From the NCBI GenBank assembly GCA_039621445.1, contig CP154954.1, positions 41,967,572 through 42,031,571 of the forward strand: 64,000 nt of DNA, read 5' to 3'. Both the position numbers and the translations under genes were made by a program. The notes under the pieces were generated by a model that was given only the letters and a program-made list of their open reading frames with translations, was not told where the DNA came from and did no database searches. This document shows positions 59,444 to 64,000 of the stretch, one piece after another. The stretch's first letter is position 1. Each line of letters starts with the position of its first letter. This DNA comes from Euglena gracilis (lineage: Eukaryota).

Positions 59444-59799
59444 CAGGAATGTATGGGAAGCCGAGGGGGAGTCCAACCCCCCCCCCCTCCGAACACGGGA
59501 GGGGGAGGGTCGTACCCCGCCTGCGACTGCGAAATGCAAATGCTCGGAAAATTTTCCATCATATGGACTGTCATTGGCTGGATGACAAACCAAAACTGTT
59601 CAAAAACACTGTTTGGTTCTTCTTTAAAATAAACACAAAAAATGCTCATTTGAATCCATTTTTTTTTTCATGCGGAAAACATCAAAGCATTGACAATGTG
59701 CAATGTCCTGAAAAATGAGGGTGGGAAGCAAATTTTTGCATGCTGGCAGAAAACTGTTCGATATTTTTGGAACCAAGGGGGGCTTCCCATACATCCCTG
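59444..59799. mobile_element. hAT-like MITE with perfect 8-bp TSD; candidate nonconventional intron on the minus strand
   Basis: 19-bp TIR caggaatgtatgggaagcc / ggcttcccatacatccctg. TSD gggtgcgg at 59436-43 and 59800-07. Confidence 0.85.
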
Positions 59800-60483
59800 G
59801 GGTGCGGGTACTGCACCTCCTTGTTGGCGAACACCCAGAACGTCTGGAATATCTCAATACGGGACTTGAAAGCCATCCTGCTGCAGCCACCAAGTTCCAG
59901 TAACTGCTTCTTGTGGGGGAACGAAAATGCACTTTCTGCCCCTCCTCCATCTGCCGTTTCATCACCTGAGAATGAAAAGATGTACAGTGGTGGACACCAT
60001 AAAAAACACATGCGAACACATGCACACCCACACAGCCACCCTCCCCCACCCCATACGTATGGTCACTTCCCCTCTTCCAAAAACCCTGGGGGGGGGAGGG
60101 GGACTGGACACAGGGCTTTTTTTTTAAAGACCGTGGGGAGGAGGGGTCCTCCAGCCCACTCCACACACTGGGACCCACACACTTTTCCGCGAAAATGGCC
60201 AAAAAATCACGAAAGCTCCTGTTTCAAAAATTTTCAGCGCCTGTGGCGCCGAAAAGTATATCCCCCAGCGCGGTGGGGGGGGGGGCTCGGCTGGACCCAC
60301 CGACCTACCCTACCCCCCCCCAGGGGTCCAAGACTAAAAGAACTGGGCAAAACAACAAACAATCACTCTGAAAAAAAAACCAGTCAGTCCTCTGACAGCA
60401 AAAGTGCCCCCCCCCCGCCCTAGAGCCCTTGACAGCATAACAGCATTGCCACACCTCGGAGAAGAACCGTCCTTTCGGTGCGG

Positions 60484-60937
60484 CAGGGATGATGGGAAGC
60501 CGAGGGGGAGTCCAACCCCCCCCCCTCCGAACACGGGAGGGGGAGGGTTGTACCCCGCCTGCGACTGCAAAATGTAAATGCTCGGAAAATTTTCCATCAT
60601 ATGGACTGTCATTGGCTGGATGACAAACCAAAACTGTTCAAAAAAAAAGTGTTCGGTTCTTCTTTAAAATAAACACAAAAAATGCTCATTTGAATCCATT
60701 TTTTTTTTCATGCGGAAAACATCAAAGCATTGACAATGTGCAATATCCTGAAAAATGAGGGGGGGAAGCAAATTTTTGCATTTTCTGAAATGCAGCGCTG
60801 GCAGAAAACTGTTCGATATTTTCGGAACCAAAGGAGGTCTGGACCCAACCACCCTACCCCATTGGGGGGCAGGGGGTTGGGACCCCCCCCCACCGCACCA
60901 TCTGCCCCAAAACCGAGGGGCTTCCCATACATCCCTG
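60484..60937. mobile_element. Duplicate, longer copy of the 59444-59799 MITE
   Basis: Same TIRs. TSD cggtgcgg / gggtgcgg. Confidence 0.8.
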
Positions 60938-63900
60938 GGGTGCGGGTACTGCACCTCCTTGTTGGCGAACACCCAGAACGTCTGGAATATCTCAATACGG
61001 GACTTGAAAGCCATCCTGCTGCAGCCACCAAGGTCCAGTAACTGCTTCTTGTGGGGGAACGAAAATGCACTTTCTGCCCCTCCTCCATCTGCCGTTTCAT
61101 CACCTGAGAATGGGGAGATGTACAGTGGTGGACACCATAAAAAACACATGCGAACACATGCACACCCACACAGCCACCCATCCGCCCACCCCCACCAACA
61201 CCCACCCCCACCCCCACCCCCACGTGCCACGACCACACTGGTGCCAACCAATGCTTTCAAATTTCAAAGATAAACAATCTGCCACTTTTTATTTGCAAAT
61301 CATTCTGCCCGTGGGAGCCAGCCGAACCAAGATGTCAGTCACGCCCATCAGTGGCTGGGTCGGCCCGTGTGACTGACTTCCGCCATTTCTCGCCCGCAAT
61401 GGGGCACACCTTTGGGCAGAACATTTCAACGCTTTGCACAATCCCCTCAAAACAGGAAACAAGACAAAGAAAAACACAACACTGCCCTTGCAATCACTGG
61501 CTTTCATTGCAAACGTTCATGGTGATCAGGCTTTTGCTTAAGGACGTACTGGCCAGCCAATCGGCTAGACACTGGAAAAAGTGGACTAGCTAGCCCCCGG
61601 GGGGGGGGGGGGGTCCGGGGGGTCCGGGGGTTCCCCGGACTGGGAAAAAAAAATTCCTCCAGCGCTGCGCGCCAGAGGAAAAACGAGGTTTTTAATCGGT
61701 TTTTTTTGGCTGATTTTGTTCCAAAAATTCCCAAAAATGGCCAAAAACGGGCATTTTTGGCCAGTTTTGGGGTCCCAAAAATTTTTTTGGTGCTTCGCGC
61801 CGGTCACTGGAAAATTTTTTTCCACTAGCTAGCCCTGGGGGGGTCTGCTAGAAATCCCACTAGCCAAATTTGGACTAGCTGCAGTCCAGCCCCCCCGGGG
61901 GGGGGGTTCTAAACAAAGTCTGATGGTGAAGCACAACAGTTTTTTGGTGATACACACACACACAACGCACAAAAAAGGCACTTTTCTTCACAAAATCGGT
62001 AGCCACGAGTCCAGAAACGAGGTTTTATGCGGTTGTATAAAAGAACAGGGTTAGGGTTTGACTCGCCGCGCCGAAAACTCAAAGCCCGCCAAACGCCACC
62101 CAATGCCAATTCACAGGGCGAGCAACCGAGGCGTCATTGTGGGGGTGGAGAGCTTTTCTTCGAATCAGGCCAAATTCAGACACATCTCCCCGTGTCTCAT
62201 CAAAGCGTCGGGGGCTTTACCTTCCTTTTTCCCTGCTCGACTTTGGGTTTCCCCGCGTGTACAAGGAACGGCCAGGCCCTGTCAAAACCCCAACGGAAAA
62301 AAGCTGAGACAGGTCCTAAAGACAGGACAGAAAATGACCCTGTCTGTTTTGGCCAAATTTAGCCAAATTTTAGGCTGGGCAAACCTAACCATAACACTAA
62401 ACCTTCCAATGACGCCACAAATCCTGCTCCCAGGGCTCAGGGCAACCGACTTGTAAAAAAAAAATGCAGGTCGAGCAGCAAACAAATCCAAAAAAAACTT
62501 TGATACACATGTGATACACAAAATTTTCGATATGATTCGCGTTTTTTTTTTACAATATCAAGCAAAATCGGATTGATCTGTTGACACCATGGCCACTCCC
62601 AGTGGACCTTTGCCCCGGCCAGAGGTTTTTTTAAAGCACCCGAGGTGGGGAGAGAGGAGGTCTGGACCATGGATTCACTTGGAAACACCCCCCAGGGGGC
62701 ACTTTTTTCCTTGGCCCAAACTCACCCACGACCTCCTTGCGGGGGTCAAGCACCCAATTTTGGACTTCTTTTTTATTTTGGACCCTGTTCGACGCCGGGC
62801 TTGTGCTCACCGACCGGGGGGGGGGGTGGGTGCTATAGGGTGCCTGCCCCTAGCAGGCACACCCCCCCCCGGGGGGGATAGGGGTCCGGGCCGGACCCAG
62901 AAAATTTTCATTGAAAATGGCGTTTTCCGGGCCCCTGGCGCCTTTGGCGCCGGGGGGTGCCTGCTAGGGGCAGGCACCCCCCAAAACCCTGTCCCCCCCC
63001 GGGGGGTCGGATAGGGTGCTATGGGGTGCCTGCCCCTAGCACCCCCCCCCCCCGTGGGGTAGGCACCCGACTAAGCGCAAGCCTGGCCGGGACGGCCCTT
63101 GGAACGCCCTTAAAAACTTAAAAACTTCTTAACGTTAAAAAATCCTAAATGCATCCCCCCTCGCAATGTCCAACAACTGGTGACCTCTGCCCTCCGACTG
63201 CGGGAGGATGGTTGCCGGTCACAAGACTGTGACCAAAAAGGTGTCCCCTTCCAAGCGGGTGGTCGGCAGACAAGGGGTCCAAAGAACTGGACTGGGGGGT
63301 TCCAATTCACACCTAAAGACTGCAAAAGCTTTGCTTTTTGGGGTGAAATGAAACAGTGGTTCTGGTGTTAATGGGAGTTTTGGGGGGTGGGGACCCCCCC
63401 CAAAACCCCATTAACACCACACCCGGGTAGCAAAATTTTGGCAGTTTCCAGGAATTAATCGGGCGTTATTTTAAGCAATTTCCACAATGCCAGGAAATGG
63501 GGTGTGCCCAAATGCAACCAATGTGTCCCCGGGAACAGGTCAGCTGGGTTCCCCACTGGGCCCAGCTGCCTGCTTTTTGCACATTTAATTGTGTGTGCCA
63601 CATGCCAGATCGCCGTGTGTTCAAACGTGGCAACGTGGGGGAAAAAAACAAAATGGGCCCAAAACCCAGAGCTGTGCGGGCCTGGGGCATGCAATTTTTT
63701 ACCGACCCCGGGGGGGGGGGAGGGGGGTCACTCCACTTTTCAAAAAACCAGTCAATCACTGTTTTTCGGGAAGCCAGTCAGTCACTACCCCCCGGGGGGG
63801 GGGGAGGTCGGCCACTCTAAAATCCAAAGGAAATTTGGACCCAAACATGAAAAAAAGCCAAAAAAAATTTCCGGCGCCTTCGGCGCCGGATCACCTTTGT

Positions 63901-64000
63901 GGTTTTTGCCGACTCCCCCCCCGGGGGGGGGAGGGGGTCCGGGCCAAAAACCAGACAGTCACTCTGAAAAAACCAGTCACCCACCCCCCTGTGTGTACTG

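Larger units (their letters stand above)
59240..61180. repeat. Local direct duplication (~59240-60040 and ~60320-61180)
   Basis: Near-identical blocks that differ by indels. Confidence 0.9.

Overview
Repeat-rich eukaryotic nuclear DNA, most likely from a euglenid. The basis is that its genes mix GT-AG introns with non-GT-AG introns that have paired ends and CAG at +4..+6 / CTG at -8..-6. Left half: the 3' part of a ZFAND1/Cuz1-like gene (1-4720, +) and a ~21 kb multi-exon atypical MAP kinase gene (7810-~28894, +). Middle: a cluster of DIRS-type tyrosine-recombinase retrotransposons, with two near-full-length degenerate copies head-to-head (ITR + ICR; gag, RT/RNaseH/MTase, YR) plus a divergent YR remnant. 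Right: MITEs, local duplications, microsatellites and possible minus-strand exon fragments. Main observation: several nonconventional introns look like CAG...CTG terminal-inverted-repeat elements flanked by 8-bp target-site duplications. The +4/-6 splice geometry removes 3+5 = 8 nt, exactly one TSD copy, so hAT-like MITEs appear to act as intron generators. All exon boundaries were inferred by eye, without transcript data.
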